Shown here: piece after piece, positions 36,101 through 51,100 of the stretch | Layout of the letters: each line of letters starts with the position of its first letter | Numbering within the stretch: the stretch's first letter is position 1 | Source of the DNA: Perna viridis | Lineage: Eukaryota | Assembly: GCA_037379345.1 (NCBI GenBank) | Contig: CM074521.1 | Coordinates: 19,554,704-19,618,703, forward strand | Direction: 5' to 3' | Length of the DNA stretch: 64,000 nucleotides | Made by a program: the position numbers and the translations under genes | Notes under the pieces: generated by a model | Database searches by the model: none | Told to the model about the DNA's origin: nothing | The model's input: only the letters and a program-made list of their open reading frames with translations

Positions 36101-39100
36101 AAGTTTCATAGAGAAAAGCTTGTACAGTACTTTAAAGTTTACTTGCCCTTATTAATGAGTGCTTCGGTTGCAGAGTACCTGCATAAATGACAATGAAATG
36201 TTCAATATTTGAATTATAAAAAAAAACTGACTTTGGAATCTTCAACATATCGTATGTGTAGTCCATGAACTGATCCATGCAACCATTTGACAGATTGATT
36301 GCTGACAGATCAATAACCGATGATAGTGACCAATCTGATCACAGTTTTCTTATGTAAAATGGCGGAAGATCTGTTAAAAATAAAGGATATGTAAAATGAA
36401 AGTATTAATTGATGTTTAAATCTACTGCATCATGTTAATATGTGTAAAACTGACAAATAAAATAATGGAATCTGTAAAATATATTGACAGCTCTGTGGTC
36501 ATGTGATGCGATCACCGGTTTTTATAGATTGGTTTGACGGATCAATGACTGATCTGAAATTGATCGATGACTGAACGGCTGACTGATTGCAAGTTTTGTT
36601 GTACGGACAAGTTCAGTTACTTTATTTTGTACTTTGTTAGATATTCTCAATGTTTATTAAATGTAAATGTATAATCAGATTTAAATGTAGTGAAAATAAG
36701 AAAAAAAAGGATCATCTTGTGAATCTGATATATAGATGCAGGAAATGCAATTCTTTTGGTTCAAAAATGAAAATTGTGTCATATTATGCTAAGACCAGCA
36801 TCATTAGTTCTTTGTGAAAGACATATCACCATCTTGTGCATTAAAAGCCCTAAAAAAATGAGACACCTTTGAAAATTGTTTTTTGGCTTGAATAAAAACT
36901 TACAGGTTGTTGTAGGTTTGTAATCACTGAAAAGTGGGCTACTGTTATAATGCATACAATGAGGATGATCAGGGAATAGACAATCACCTTTTGACCTTCC
37001 TTTGGAAGTTAACTGGATGATCCAGAAAATTTAAATATCTTTCTCACTTGTCAAGTTACAAATACCTGGTAGTGCACTACCTTAAGAAGATAATTATAGG
37101 TGATTGTTATTAAATCAGTGGAAGACTAAATCTACAGTATCTCATGTACATCATCATTTTATGCACTGTAACCAAACAAAAAGTCCTTCAGCTGTCAACA
37201 TGCTGTCTACATATTATTTATTTGGTCTCATTAATTCTAATGATGACATTGTGAATCAGTTACTGTGTCTTGATGAAACTTCACATGGTCTTAAAAATAG
37301 ACATTTTCTTTGTACTGATAAAGTATTGTACTTTTACTAGAAATCTTATATATGCTGCATTCTGATGACTTCATGATTGCTGTTCAACAGCTATGTCTTT
37401 ATTTAGAATGTCGTTTACACATCAAAGGCCTGTTAGTAGTTTGTATTGGTTGTGAAATCTTCTGTGAAAGTTAAATAGCATTGCATTGATATTTAACATT
37501 GAATTAATTCAGTATTTACTGAAATTGGCCTTGGAGTTTAAAGTATTTGTTTCATGGGTAGAAACCAGAGCTCATTGATTGTAATTCAGGGTTTGGGTTA
37601 AGCTGTACTAATTGGAATTAATTGTGTTCATGATTTTTGTATGGTAAACTGGCTGTTTCAGTTATTCCAAGGTTTGAGATTTTTTTTCGTCCTGTATTGC
37701 CAAGCATTGATTTAAAAGGGTGCTCTAAAGGTGTCATGACATAGGCCACGTGCTGGAGGGAACACAAACTCTTCATTGTATTGAAAATAATGATGAGTTT
37801 TCTCCATTTACAGTAAATAATGAACTTTGACCTTGAAGTTGTGAATGGTTCTTTGTAACATCAACCTATTGTTGTCTTGTAATTTACTTTGGTGCTTAAA
37901 TTTATCATAATTGGAATATTATTTATTAAAAAAACACATTTAGGATTAATTTTTAAATGTTCTTTTGACAAAAAGATTGATGTCTTTTTGGTCTTCTTAG
38001 CATTTATCTAGAAGTAAACCTGTCTTTAGTGACCCTTCAAGTGAAAGCGAAATTATGGCAAGATAAAACAAGTGGTCTTAATATACAGGTTGATTTTACA
38101 TAGAATAGCTGAAGAAGGGATATTTTAACCATGGTTTTTTAAGCAGACGTGGATTCAGGAGGGGGATGCACCTCCTCCCATCCCACCCCCAAAAAAAATC
38201 ATTAAAAAAATTGGCATGAAATCTTAATTTATCAGTATTTAAGCATCCAAACAATTTTCTTGCCTTGCATTGTTCAACATTTAATTCTATTAATGCATCC
38301 ACTAACTGAAATCCTGGATCTGCCTCTGTTTCAAGACATCTACAGGTTATTGCTGAATACAGGTTGTTACTAAGACAATTTATTGCTGAATACAGGTGGT
38401 CGCTAAGGCAGGTTATTGCTGAATACAGATGGTCACTAAGCCAGGTTATGACTGAATACTGGTGGTCACTAAGCCAGGTTATAGCTGTATACAGGTGTTC
38501 ACTAAGACAGGTTATAGCTGAATACAGGTGTTCACTAAGACAGGCGATAGGTACCAGTATCGTATTGCATATCCCTGAGCGGGTGAACATCAAAACATGG
38601 ATGCTATTAAAATATAGTGCATTTTCTTTTTGCCTCTCTACAAACTAATGTTTTGTCTAAAGATATGAACAATGACTTATAAAATAGAGCAAACATCACT
38701 GTAAGATAAAGAACTTTTTTAAAAGAAAATCTAACATAATAACACAAAAATGCTCCACTGAAAAGGTTGGTTTGATGAGTGCAAAACGAAAGTGAAAGTA
38801 GGGAAAATGGCCGTTTATAGTTCAAGACTACTTTTCTGTCCGATCTTCTTGGACTCACCCTATTTTCTTTGCGGGAAATTATTTTTTCACATGTCCTTAG
38901 AAATGCTACATAAGTGAAAGTTTTATTGAATCAATTTACATATTTTTTTAAAAAATCCTAAAAATATACACTTCACTATAGAAGTCTATGGGAAAATTAA
39001 TACAATACTGAGACCTATAGCTGAGTAAAGGTGGTCACTAAAACAGGTTAGCTGAATACAGGTGGTTGCTAAGACAGGTTTGACTGTAGAAGAACTGTGC

Positions 39101-42100
39101 TTAAACAATCATATTATGCTACATGAGGGAATGAACAGCACCTGGTATTCCCTTTATTGATGTAGAATGGTTAATCAGATATTTGTTTGATGAAACTGTC
39201 CTCCAGGCTTTTCAGATCTAATGGAGAGTGAAATTTCCTTGTTTATCTGTTTACTAGAATCATCCTTGAATGGAACCAGACAATAACTAGGGGTCATATT
39301 AATTGGTACTGCTGACATAAAATCATTTTTACTTTTCAAGGAAGACATTACTTTTATATGAAATATCCTGACCAATATATCATGGCTGACATTTGCTTAT
39401 GATTCTTTTTGATAATTGAACTGCTGATGGAATTCCATTGTTACTTTGTCATATGAGAAGGACAAATATTTTGCTTTAATTAAATAGGCATTCTCTTTAC
39501 TGTATTTGATCATAACTTTAATATGCTTAAAAGAGAGAAATACAGTGGGGCAAAATGGTTCTATCAAAGAGTCATGACATCTACTGCCTAGAATTGACTG
39601 TTCCAGGGGTACATTCTCACTTTATCAACAAGTTAATTTGTCAGTGATTGCTAGGGCATTACAAGAAAGAAAATTCTTTTTACAGCTCAAGTCCTGGACA
39701 CAAAACCGTTCATGAGTTTAAGTCTCTTTCATGAGTAGAGCATAGCCAAACAAGTTCAGATGCTCAACACTTTTGACCTTGTCTTACACGGGTCATATCA
39801 ACTTGCATGAAGGAAGGACAAACTGTTGTTCAACTTGGCATTTCTCTCTCTGTACCATTCTTCTGATGAAACTGATTGTTAGGATATATAATTTAGCAGG
39901 ATGGAACAATTGCAGATTCAGTGGGTTTCAAGAATTGGATCCACCCTTTTCTTTGAAAATTCTTTTTTTTTCAATTCTGTGCAATATTGTGTATGAGCAA
40001 ATAATATCCTGGTACTCCCCTTATATAATTTTTGAAATCTGCCCTTGGAAAATGGATGTGCCCATTGTTACACAAAGGGAAGTTTGTAGTCAAAAGCAGA
40101 ATTCATATCCAGTGGATTGTTACTACTACTAAGACATGCAAGTCCTTTAAGATGTAAATCATGGTTATGTTCTCAGTGGTAACAGCAGTGTCACCATCAG
40201 GTCATTAAACTACTTCATACAGTACAACTGCTTGACAGATTTCCTATTTGAACATCTACCGCTTAATCATTATCCTATTATCATATAGTGTAACCTTAAG
40301 TGAACATACTTTGAACTATTGGCCATGATGGTGATTAAAATGATTAGTAAATTTGGCATTGTAAAAGTTCTGTTTCAGTTCTTGGGTTTGTAGTTGGTTT
40401 TTGTTCCTTTTGGTTCAAATAAACTTTCAAGAGTGAAGTTTTGGATGCTATTGAATCTTTAATGAAAGGCCCACAAGAAGAAAGTGGAAGGTCCTCAATA
40501 AAAAGTATGGTAGGTCCAGGATCTACGTAGATGAAATTTCAGTGGTCCAGTATCAAATAAAGGGGCCTGGACCTGGGAATAGCACTTATTTAATCTGCAT
40601 AGTTTCATAAGACTTCCATATAAACTCAGAGATGAAAGTCTTGCCATTCTTTAGTGAATTTAGTGTAAAGGTTCATATTTATCCATATAACTGATATATA
40701 TTTTTTTTGAAAACATTAAATGAATTTTTAGTCAAAATTCTTGATGAAATATAAATGTTTTATTATGATAGGTAAGGTTATAGGTTATATGGTGGCTGAT
40801 GTAACTCAGAGGTCACTAATATATCTATATGGTGGCTGATGTAACTCAGAGGTCACTAATTTACACCTTGAGTAATTGATCCTTTTGTTAGTGTTTAACT
40901 GTAAATAAAGTGTTCAATTTAGATCATGTGTAGAATGAATGATTCATCACATAATACATCTGTCACATTAACAATACTGGGGACTGATTTAAAAAATGTG
41001 TCGGAAATGTGGTTCAGAAATTGTCCTAAGCTGTGGTCTGTTTCATATAAATCATCAAACCATAAAAAGGAAGATGGTCCCATGTTGATATTTGTCAAAG
41101 AATTATTTAGGATATTAAATATAATTCATGTAAATTAGATGTTTTTGGAATATTTATTTTACTCAGTTCTTAGATGTGCGTTTGAATGTATCATACATTT
41201 GTAGCTAGGTTTTCCTGTAGGAAAAAAACTTTTATCATAATAGATAATTTTAGAAAAGACAGAGTAGTTGTCTAGAATTATTTTGGAATATAACACTTTT
41301 CTGCCTGTTTTCTTAGTTAAATGATAGTTGTAAATGCATTTAACATTTCCCTACAGTGATTCTAAAAGCCTTGCAAGTCAACAAATTTGAAAATAGACAT
41401 AACTTTCCATATCTTTTTTACAGGTGAAGAAAGCATTTTTTGCCCTTGTATATAATGGTGTACGGGCAGCACCCCTCTGGGATAATTCTAAACAAGACTA
41501 TGTAGGTAAGTACATGTCCTATACTGAAAATTAACAAAATTACCTATCCATTATCAAGTCAAGTCCAAAATAAATCTGACAAAATAGATATGACACCACC
41601 AGAACAGCTGGTACCTCAATGATTCTGACTCTTCCATTGCGGTGTGAATATACTGGTGGTGATTTAATAGTTTTTGGATGCTATAGTGTGAAGAGGTACA
41701 ATTCTTACCTCCTGAACTCTTGATGTTTTCTTGATGTTTATACCCAGGCAACCAATTGATTTCTTCTTTGTTTAGGTAAGATTATATCTGTATTTGTGAC
41801 ATGTCTATTAGTTATCTTTTTATCATTCCAACTCCTCTCAAACTACTAGATAGAATTTCAAGACATTTGTTGGTCATGTAAAGAAATAAAATGTTTTTGT
41901 GCTTATTACTAAGACTTTTTTTATCCCTGAAATTTTGTGGGAGTTAAGGCCCTTTGAACTTACTTTTTTTAATGCACTACTTAAACATCTTTTCAATGAA
42001 ACCCTTCTAATGATAAAGTCAAAGGTGTTCAAATTGTGAAATTTGCACATTCAATTTATGAAAATGTCTACCTTTAAACTTGATAGCTCCTCCAATGTGG

Positions 42101-45100
42101 AGGGACATAGGTATGTGAGCATCCTCCCTAAGTTCTTTTACTTCTTAAGTGTTTTGTCTCAAATTAAAACTTAGGGCGAATAGAGTCTGTCTGTTTGTCT
42201 ACACATTAATTTTCTGTTGGGTGGAACCCTGTTGTGTGGTGATCACACCACTGTAGATTCTCTGTGTACATGTGCAGTTAATGCTGTCTCCATAATGATT
42301 ATGTTAGTATAAATAACAATTTAAACTTGTAACGTGTGGGAATGCACCATTACCAAATTTCAAGGACATTTGTAACTCTGGAAGGACAAGAAAAGCGCTG
42401 TTTTCTTGGAGAGAAAAAAATAAAAACTCTGATTGCACAATGTTCTACGTCAGTGCAGGAAAAAAAATACACTGTTTTCTTGAGAAAAAACATTCTAAAA
42501 AATTAGCAACATTTGAACATCATTGGTGGAAACAAATTCTACTTTGTCATTGGAGCAGTTAGGTTAATCGATTTATAAAACAAAACATGTAGCAGTTACA
42601 AGTATAACACCACATTTTATGGACCTCCTCTTTTTAAGTGGTACTCCAGCTAAGAATCATGCAAAATGTGATTCATGGGTAAAAAACCTACATATTTTTA
42701 TTTTTGATATTTTTTTTGAAATGTCATAGTAAACAGAAATAAATGTGGTTTTTCATACAACCCATGCTCTTAGGAGATAAAAATTACATACAATGCACTG
42801 TATAGTTCAAAATTAAGGGAGATAACTCTGTAAATGACGCTCAAATATTATAGAATCTTCTGTATTTTCAATGTCGACTATCTCCTAAGAGCAGGCAGAT
42901 TTGAATGAATAATTACACATTTCATAGTAAAGACCCAAAAAACAACTTAATTACAAAAATAAAAATATGCAGCCTTTTTGGGGGTGTATCATATTTTTCA
43001 GATTTTGCATGATTCTTACAAAGACAGCTACTTAAATTCAAGGAAACATGTTATATCAGTGTTTGTGAAATGTAAAAATTGAGTTTATGCAGAGGTTTCA
43101 ATTTTTAAATTGCATTATGTTAAAGAAGTTATATAATTTGACCTTTGAACTTTTGATGTAGATAGAACATTGTTGGCAATATAACCATGGTTAGATATGT
43201 CAGGCTAGCTAGTGCTTATTTTATGATAATGTAATTGTCATTTTGGAAGAGTAAGATATTGATAAGTTCGTAATTTTGCCGTTGTATAATGTTTAAAATT
43301 GTCTGACATGTTACATAGCTTTTGACAAAATCTAAAAACAAGTTATTAAAAGGGTTTTGGGATGAGGACAAGAGGAAGTGAGTTATATTACTTAAGACCA
43401 GGTATAAGCTGATGAGTAAGGTTACTTCAGTGATTCAAAAGCAGCCTTAGGTAGTACACCAAAGATTTATGGTGCTGGGAGGAGTTGAAACAATATTACC
43501 CAATAATAAGACTAGTCTTCAATTTTAGACTTTGGGAGTCTCACAGATGCTATGGAAGTTATCATTACAAATAAGTACATTGCCTTTAAACCAGTAGATA
43601 CAGTAGGATACTGAAAACAGACCATAGATCTTATAGCAGGGATTCAAATTAGCCAAGGTCCAGGGCCATCAATTTTGACTTAAGACCTTTCAAGCATATT
43701 TGTTGTTGACACTTTATTGAGGACTTTTATTCCTTTTTGATGATCATTGACTGGATACTTGAATCACTCTTCATTGTAAATTTGGACCTCAGATTGAGTT
43801 GGTCCTTTGATTGTAGTAACTTCAGAACAATTGTTTATCATCTAAAAGAAGTCTGCTGTTAATAGATAGTATCAGTTTATAATCATGTTTCTGATTCCAA
43901 CTGAAATGTTTCTAGATCAGATGATAAATTGATAATATGTCATATTTTCCTTGTTATTGGGGCAGAGTCATGTAGCCACAAATAAATAATGCAGCAAATA
44001 TATAGATTGTCTTCCTGGGTTCATCATAAGGTCTTTGATGGTTTCCTACTTCATAATGCTTCACATTTAAAGTACTGCTTAAAATGTTTTCTCAATAAAA
44101 AGAACATTTTACATGTACTTGTAAAAATATTTATCAAGCACCTAACATCAGTATTTTATAATGGGTTTTTGTAATTTGATTAGCATGAGCTGAAATATAG
44201 AGAGGCTTACCTGAAGTCATGAAAGAAAATTTAATTATTAATTTTGTACCCTAACAAGCTGAATTAATTTAGGAAATGCAATACACCGTGTCTAGAAAAT
44301 TAGTACTGACAAAGTAAATATCTTTCTGTTACAACTCAACACTGATACTGGTTTTCTGTTGTTTGTTTTGTGTAAATCTGTTGTTTCTTTCCTCAACAAT
44401 TTACAGCGGAGACAGTGGTGATGTTCAGGGAAACTGTTGGTCTATATAATTGTTTAAATGACACTCACCTGATGAACTTTGTTAGGTATTAGTTAATTAT
44501 ACAATAGAGGAAAGTTATTCTATAGATATTTGAATCAAAATACATGAGAAAAAGTTTAATTCCCCTGTTCAGTTGTGCACCTAAATTTATCAAGTCATTT
44601 AATTGAGGGAAGACCAACTGTGAAGTTACCTATTCTACTTGCTAAAAATTAAATTAATTACTTATTTTAATAAAGTGTCATGCATGCAAAAAAAAATATC
44701 TTTTTATAGATCTGGTTATCCATCTACTTTCTGTTTTCAAACTTCTAACATTGCTTACAGATAGTAGGGATATCTTCTATATATTTTAAACATGACTGAT
44801 TTTATTTGTTGGTAAGGCGATATTTTTGTCAATTTTCATTGGAGATAAACCTACACCTTTCTAAAAGCTGCAAAATATAATCACTCATGCCAAGAATACC
44901 GGAAGATTTGACACAGCATTGATAAAATTCTGCAAACTCATTAAATCTTAACATTCTTTACTACATGTTATCATAAGTTGTGTTAATTTTGACAAGATTG
45001 TCTAGTAAAGTATGGAGTCGCTGTTAGCCAGTCATTTATAACACTTCTTCTTGTAGTCCTTCAGGTTTGCTTGGCCAGTACTGAAATTATGAATGTCATT

Positions 45101-48100
45101 AAAAATTTATTGTACACCAAAATCTGATGTTATCTTGCTGTCAATCTAAGGTTTTGTGCAAAATTTTCTTTAAAACCTGAAAGATCAGATAAGCAAGAAA
45201 AATAACAGTGCACTTACATTTCACAAAAATTTATGAGGTCAGAGATTGCATAATCGTGAAGAAATTGCACTTTGTTGATAGCCTGGAGCCAAGGACATGA
45301 TACAAGATCTTTCCATGCTTCATTTTGTGCTCTGTACACCTGGGTTAGGTGAAAATTTCATTAAATTCTTGTCCTCATTAACAGGTTTTACACCTGCATT
45401 CAATTACAGTGGAAGAAATTAATTTGTTTACTTTCCCGTAGCCTCTCTTTGGCAACTCTTTTCCTGTACTGTAAGCTGCGATCAAGGTTACTTATGACAC
45501 AATTCAGCTTCAAATTAAAAAGAGGTCATTGACAAAGTTATATTTAGTTCAGATCAGTGAATATTACATTGAAAGACCACAATATAAGGATCTATTGTTG
45601 TAAAATTGGATATTTTAACCAGCAGTCTTAACAATTATTGTCAAGCTTTAGGCTTATAACAGATTGTATGGATTGCAAGTCTATGCACTTAAATATTCTG
45701 TTCTTGTGCTGTCTGAGTTGTCTAGTGGCTGCCTCTTCCATGTGGGACATCCTGCATGGGTTTTGTTCTTGACAAAGTCATCCCAAAGAAATGGGTAGTC
45801 ATTAATTCTCCTTCAAGCATATGCAAATAGTAGATAGAGTAATTAAGAAATAAATCACGGGAACTCCATTTTATCATTGTTTTACCATGGGTTGGCCATT
45901 TAGGTAGATTGTTTACCCCGAGCAATAGCTTGGGGTTAAATAGTGACATATATGGCTAGCCTGTGGTAGAACAATGATAAAATGGAGTTTCTGTGATTCA
46001 TTTCAATTCTAATGTTACAGGTTTCTTCATACTAGTATTATTTAGTAGACACAGCCTATGCAGTCCTTTCCTTCGAAAGTCTCAGTGACTAGCCCGAATA
46101 ATAGAGGACTGTGTAGGATTCAACTAGCCCGAAACTAGAAATGTACACATCATTCCACAAGCCCTAATCAATTTTTAATAGCCCCGGGCTTCGGGCTAGT
46201 GGCTAAAGGCGAGCACTGCCTATGTGTTGCACGAAATGTTTGTCATGTGTTTATCACTCTTTTACCATAACTGCTTAGCTTGTCTGAATGGGGATGACAT
46301 GCTTACTGTAGACTTGCTTTCGTGAGCTAGCTCATTCAAAATCAGCCTGGTTAAATGCAGTATCTGTGCAGTTGAATAGAATTTCTTTTCCTAAAATGCA
46401 TGAACACAGTGTAAAACTACAGTCATTTAAACGATATTCAGTATGTACTTTTTTTTTATTTTATTCATTCCAGTAGAAGGAAAAGAATTGGCTATGTTTA
46501 AAATACCAAAACTACAGCTGGAGTTGTATATTTAGTATGACTAAAAATAGTTTTCAAATTGGCATCTACATTTGAAAAGCTTTTTAACATATCTATGGTT
46601 TCTATTATACTAAATTCAAGATACTGCTCCGTGTACATTTAATATGTTACTTATTTAATTTTGTTCCTTACATATTTACATGAATAAATATCACCTATCG
46701 ATTTTTTTTCTATTTGCAGGAATGCTGACGATCACAGACTTCATATTGATTTTACATAAATACTATAAATCTCCTTTGGTAAGCATGTCAAGCTAGCCTT
46801 TAAAAGATCTGACCAAATTGGTCTGAATGGGAAAAAGCGGGGTTGTTTGCTCCTGCGATTGATTTCCTGTTTTTCTATATAATCAACCTAATTTTTGGCG
46901 CATAGGTCTCATTGCATCTTCCTATTGAAATAGTGAAGTGGGACCTGATTAAAAGGGGGTTATAAAGTCAATGAGAGATAGAGAGCTTAGGTCTAGTTCC
47001 ATGATAATCCTTTGGACAATTGGATGTATGTGAGGTCAAGATCTAAAACTGGTGTATATTGTCTTGTGGTCATTGGGAATATATTAAGAGGCCTTGCCTG
47101 AATACACTGCTCTCTGGCATGCTAACATTTGAGATGATTTGACATGTTAAATGTTAAGTCAGTGTGGATAGGAGTGTTTAAAGGAGGGGCAAGTTCCTTG
47201 GTCATAGGTTAAAGTTGAAATAGTAGAAAGCAATATGAAAGTAAAGGCAATCCCAAATTGGGGGAAGAGAGGGGCCAATGGTGAATGTTTGGGACAAAAG
47301 TAATTCCAAATTAGGAGAAGAGAGGGGCCAATGGTGAATGTTTGAGACCAAAAGTAATCCCAAATTGGGAGAAGAGTGTGGCCAATGGTGGATGTTTGGG
47401 ACTAAGGTACTGTAATCCAAGATTGGGAGAGGAGAGGGGCCATTAGTGAATGTTTTAGACAAATGCAATTCTAGAGAAGAGAGGGGCAATTATTGAATGT
47501 ATTGGGAGAACTTACTTTGAGTACAATTTAGATGTGTAGCCTTAATGATATATCTGCTTGATAACTCCTCTTAAATAGTGAAAGTTATGTCATTTTAGGT
47601 AAATGGAAATAAGTTTAATTCCAAAAATGATTACCTGCATTTGCATTGACTACTTTTGACTAAAATTACATTATTTGATAGGATTTATACACGCACAACG
47701 TAAGTAAGGTAACTTAAGTGTACTAGATTACTTGAACGACCCGCTGATTATTTGATTTTAAATTTCTTACTTGGACGAAAATGTAATGGCATATGGCCTT
47801 GTTAAGATAGAATATTTTAACACACATATAAAGATGTTATCAAATCTCAAGCGTAGAAAATTGCATAATTTCCCATTTAACTCTGTTTACTGCATCAGTG
47901 ACGTGAAAAATTGTGCAGTTTATTTAGAGTATAATGAGGTTTTTGTAGTTTTTGCTGAAGTTTTATCAGTTTTTAGGGTTATTTTTACGGATTAGGTAAA
48001 TGTTGACATATCATGACAGATTATGACTACAAAAATATATTGTAATTTGATGTTATCTATTTTTGTCATTTTGCTACTTAGCTACAGATTAGGTTTAGTA

Positions 48101-51100
48101 TCATAGGGAAGTAATAAATAAATGCAGTTCCCTATCATATTTATCTTTCACAAGTGTATAAAAGTTGACTTGTATTTTTGGTGTGGCTATAAACATGATT
48201 GAAGTCATGATAGATCCTGGATGGGGAGCATACTAAAAGTTAGTACCTAGCACAGCATAGTATTTTATCAGATATTATTATCTTGGTTGCTATTGAGCTG
48301 TGACAGATTATAGTGAAACTTTGTCAGACCTCTGGAAGAGCTTTGATGACCTTGTATTAGTAGACACTTCAAGTTTTGTTCTACATTATAATGTAGATTA
48401 CGTTTTTTGTTTCATATGTAGCCAGTTGCTATTGGAGCTCATCCATACAGCTTAATACTGATGTCCCACACAGTTTTAAAGGCTGGATATTATTTTTTTC
48501 AATTACCCATCCAGTATGGATAACAAATGTTAGTTACCGCCTTCTAAACAAAAATGTTTCTGGGATATTGTAACCATTTTGCCTGTATATCTGTCGGTCT
48601 GTCATTCCATAACATCCTTCTAAATACTCCAATGGACTTGATACGTACTTACTCCATAGGAAATTTAACACAATTTTGAGTCATTTTAGCATTTGGGAGT
48701 CACTCATAATTTTGCCTTCATTTCAATTAGAAATAGTTTGGTGTCTCACATAATTTGTTATTTTATAATTCCAGGTTAAAATGGATGAATTAGAGGAGCA
48801 CAAGATTGCTACATGGCGAGGTAAGTTTATCATAACAGAATATATGTGCAGTACAGGGTCAGGATTTCAGTATCAAAGAATGGAAGGTCAAGGTCCTGAA
48901 GAGATTTAAACCCAAAGGGCATACAAAGGTGTGGAAACTCTTTTTAGGAATCTTTAAAATGGACAGTTTTTTATTAATAATCACTCATTTCAATGCATCT
49001 AAATACAGAAGGATTCAAATCATTTGTAGTCTCAATGTTAAAGATGAGAAAGATCATGGTCCTCAAACTATTTCTGGTGTGAATGGACTATTTGTCATTG
49101 TGCTATTTCATTGGCAACATCATCATTTTCCCTTTGTTTATACTGCTGATATTTTCTATCCCTGGCTACTGCTTTGGTAGCAATATCGTATGAGTTGTTA
49201 CCACCTTGTTGGTCATGGGGTCCTGTGCTAGCCTGATGTGGGGGAGGTGGTTGGTTTCAATCCCCAGCCATGTCACAGGAATCACTTCAAAATTGGTAGT
49301 CAGTCTTGACAACTGATTGGCTTGGAGAAATGATAATGTATCTGAAAGTAGGGTGGCATGCCTACCTGTTGGCTGTTGCTTATGTGAGGAAGCACAATAA
49401 ATGTCCCTCTCAATGTTTTGGAATAGTACAAACAGGGTCTGATCAATTGTTCTGGTCCTGAAATGCATGAAATATCTGCCATTTGACATCATAGTAAGTA
49501 ATAAATAATCAATCATATGAATTGGCTGTGACATCACAATGTAAATTTTAAATGAGTCCTTGCCCTGTTATTTCTGAATTTTTTTTCAGTCTTGACTTTA
49601 AAACTGCCGTAATTCTATATTTTTCTGTCAGTCAGCAACGTTTGTGCTCCCAGGAGAATTGAACTGATTTTGATCAAACTTGGTATGTTGTATACAATGT
49701 TTAACCATCAAGTAAAAATCTCAAATTTGGAAAATGGTCAAGTTATCTTATTTCTTTGTGATGAAAGAAAAAAAGTTTTTGTTTTTTTTTTTTGGTTTTT
49801 GTTTTTTTTTAAATATCCAATAACTACTAAGGAAACAACTTAAATACAAAATCTGATCACATTACCAATTTTTTTAAGCCGTGAAGTTTTCAGTGCTGTT
49901 CAGGCATTTTCAGTGTAATAAAGCTCAGACTCTGTGACCCAGTTCAAGTTGTCACGATTCTCTGTTTATTTTAGATTCAATTTCTAATAATATTCTTAGT
50001 TTGTACATATCATGCTTCGCCTGTTGTGTTATTGAATTCCCCAATCAATGAAGGATCAGATGGCTTTTGTCCATGACATGGAAAATATATTTGAGAAAAC
50101 AGTCTCAAGATGTATTTAATCTAGTTTTGTTGGGATAAAACCAACTATTTTTGACATCTGCAGGTTTCATTTCCTGTCTAAGGGTCATACTTAAGGATAA
50201 AAAACATGTATCTGAACAAAGTTAATTTAAATTCATATATCAGGTGTACCCTATAGCTAGCTTCACCATTGTTATTATGAAACATTACAGAGCTTTTTTC
50301 CTGTAAGGTTAATAACTCCTGGGTTTAATGTTTTAAAATTTAGATTGCAGATTTATTCTGCTGTCTGCATTCCCTCCATTGTTATGGTTCAAGTCACAAA
50401 TTTTTTAAAAAGTATATTATTAAATAAAAAACGTAATACCCATCATTTTCCTGTAAACAACATTTTTTTGTAAAGAAATTATTTGTGGATAAGAAGGACC
50501 AAAAACTACTATTAATACCTGCAAAAATTATTCCTGATGCAATGAAACATTACATTCTTTCCATAACCACAAATGTATTTAACAGAATTCATTTTTACAG
50601 TAATAATTTAATTTGATTTGTAATAAGCCTTTTGATTGGTTGATTCTTTTGGGGCAAAATTTGTTATTTTGTATTAAGTTATATGGCGCTATGACATCAT
50701 TAACATTGATTGGTCCGCAGTCTGTGATTCAAATGATCCTGAACTAAATAATGTTATGACTGTATTTGGTTGTAAATTAGATTTTAAGTAGTAGTCTTTG
50801 TAAGAATCATGCAAAATCTGTAAAATGTGATATACCTAAAAAAAAAAGGCTACATATTTTTATTTTTGATATTAAGTTGATTTATGGGTCTATATTCTGA
50901 AATGTGTAATTATTCATTCCAATCTGTCTGCTCTTAGGAGATAATTCACATTGAAAATCTAATAGATTCTTTTGTATTTAAGTGCCATTTACAGAGTTAT
51001 CTCCCTTAATTTTTAAATCTACAATGCATTTTATATAATTTTTATCCCCTAAGAGCATGGGGTATTTGAAAAACCAACTGGTAATTTCTGTTTACTATGG

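Noticed and set aside
36355-36395. aaaatggcgg YY1-like motif or ATG of an alternative exon
   Set aside because: The ORF stops after 11 codons, there is no good donor, and it lies between weak inverted repeats (~36267 and ~36615) suggesting an old transposon.
38096-38648. 165-aa and 94-aa overlapping ORFs
   Set aside because: Produced by the 33-bp tandem array and flanking transposon remnants.
49166-49537. 123-aa minus-strand ORF
   Set aside because: Antisense translation of a degenerate SINE.
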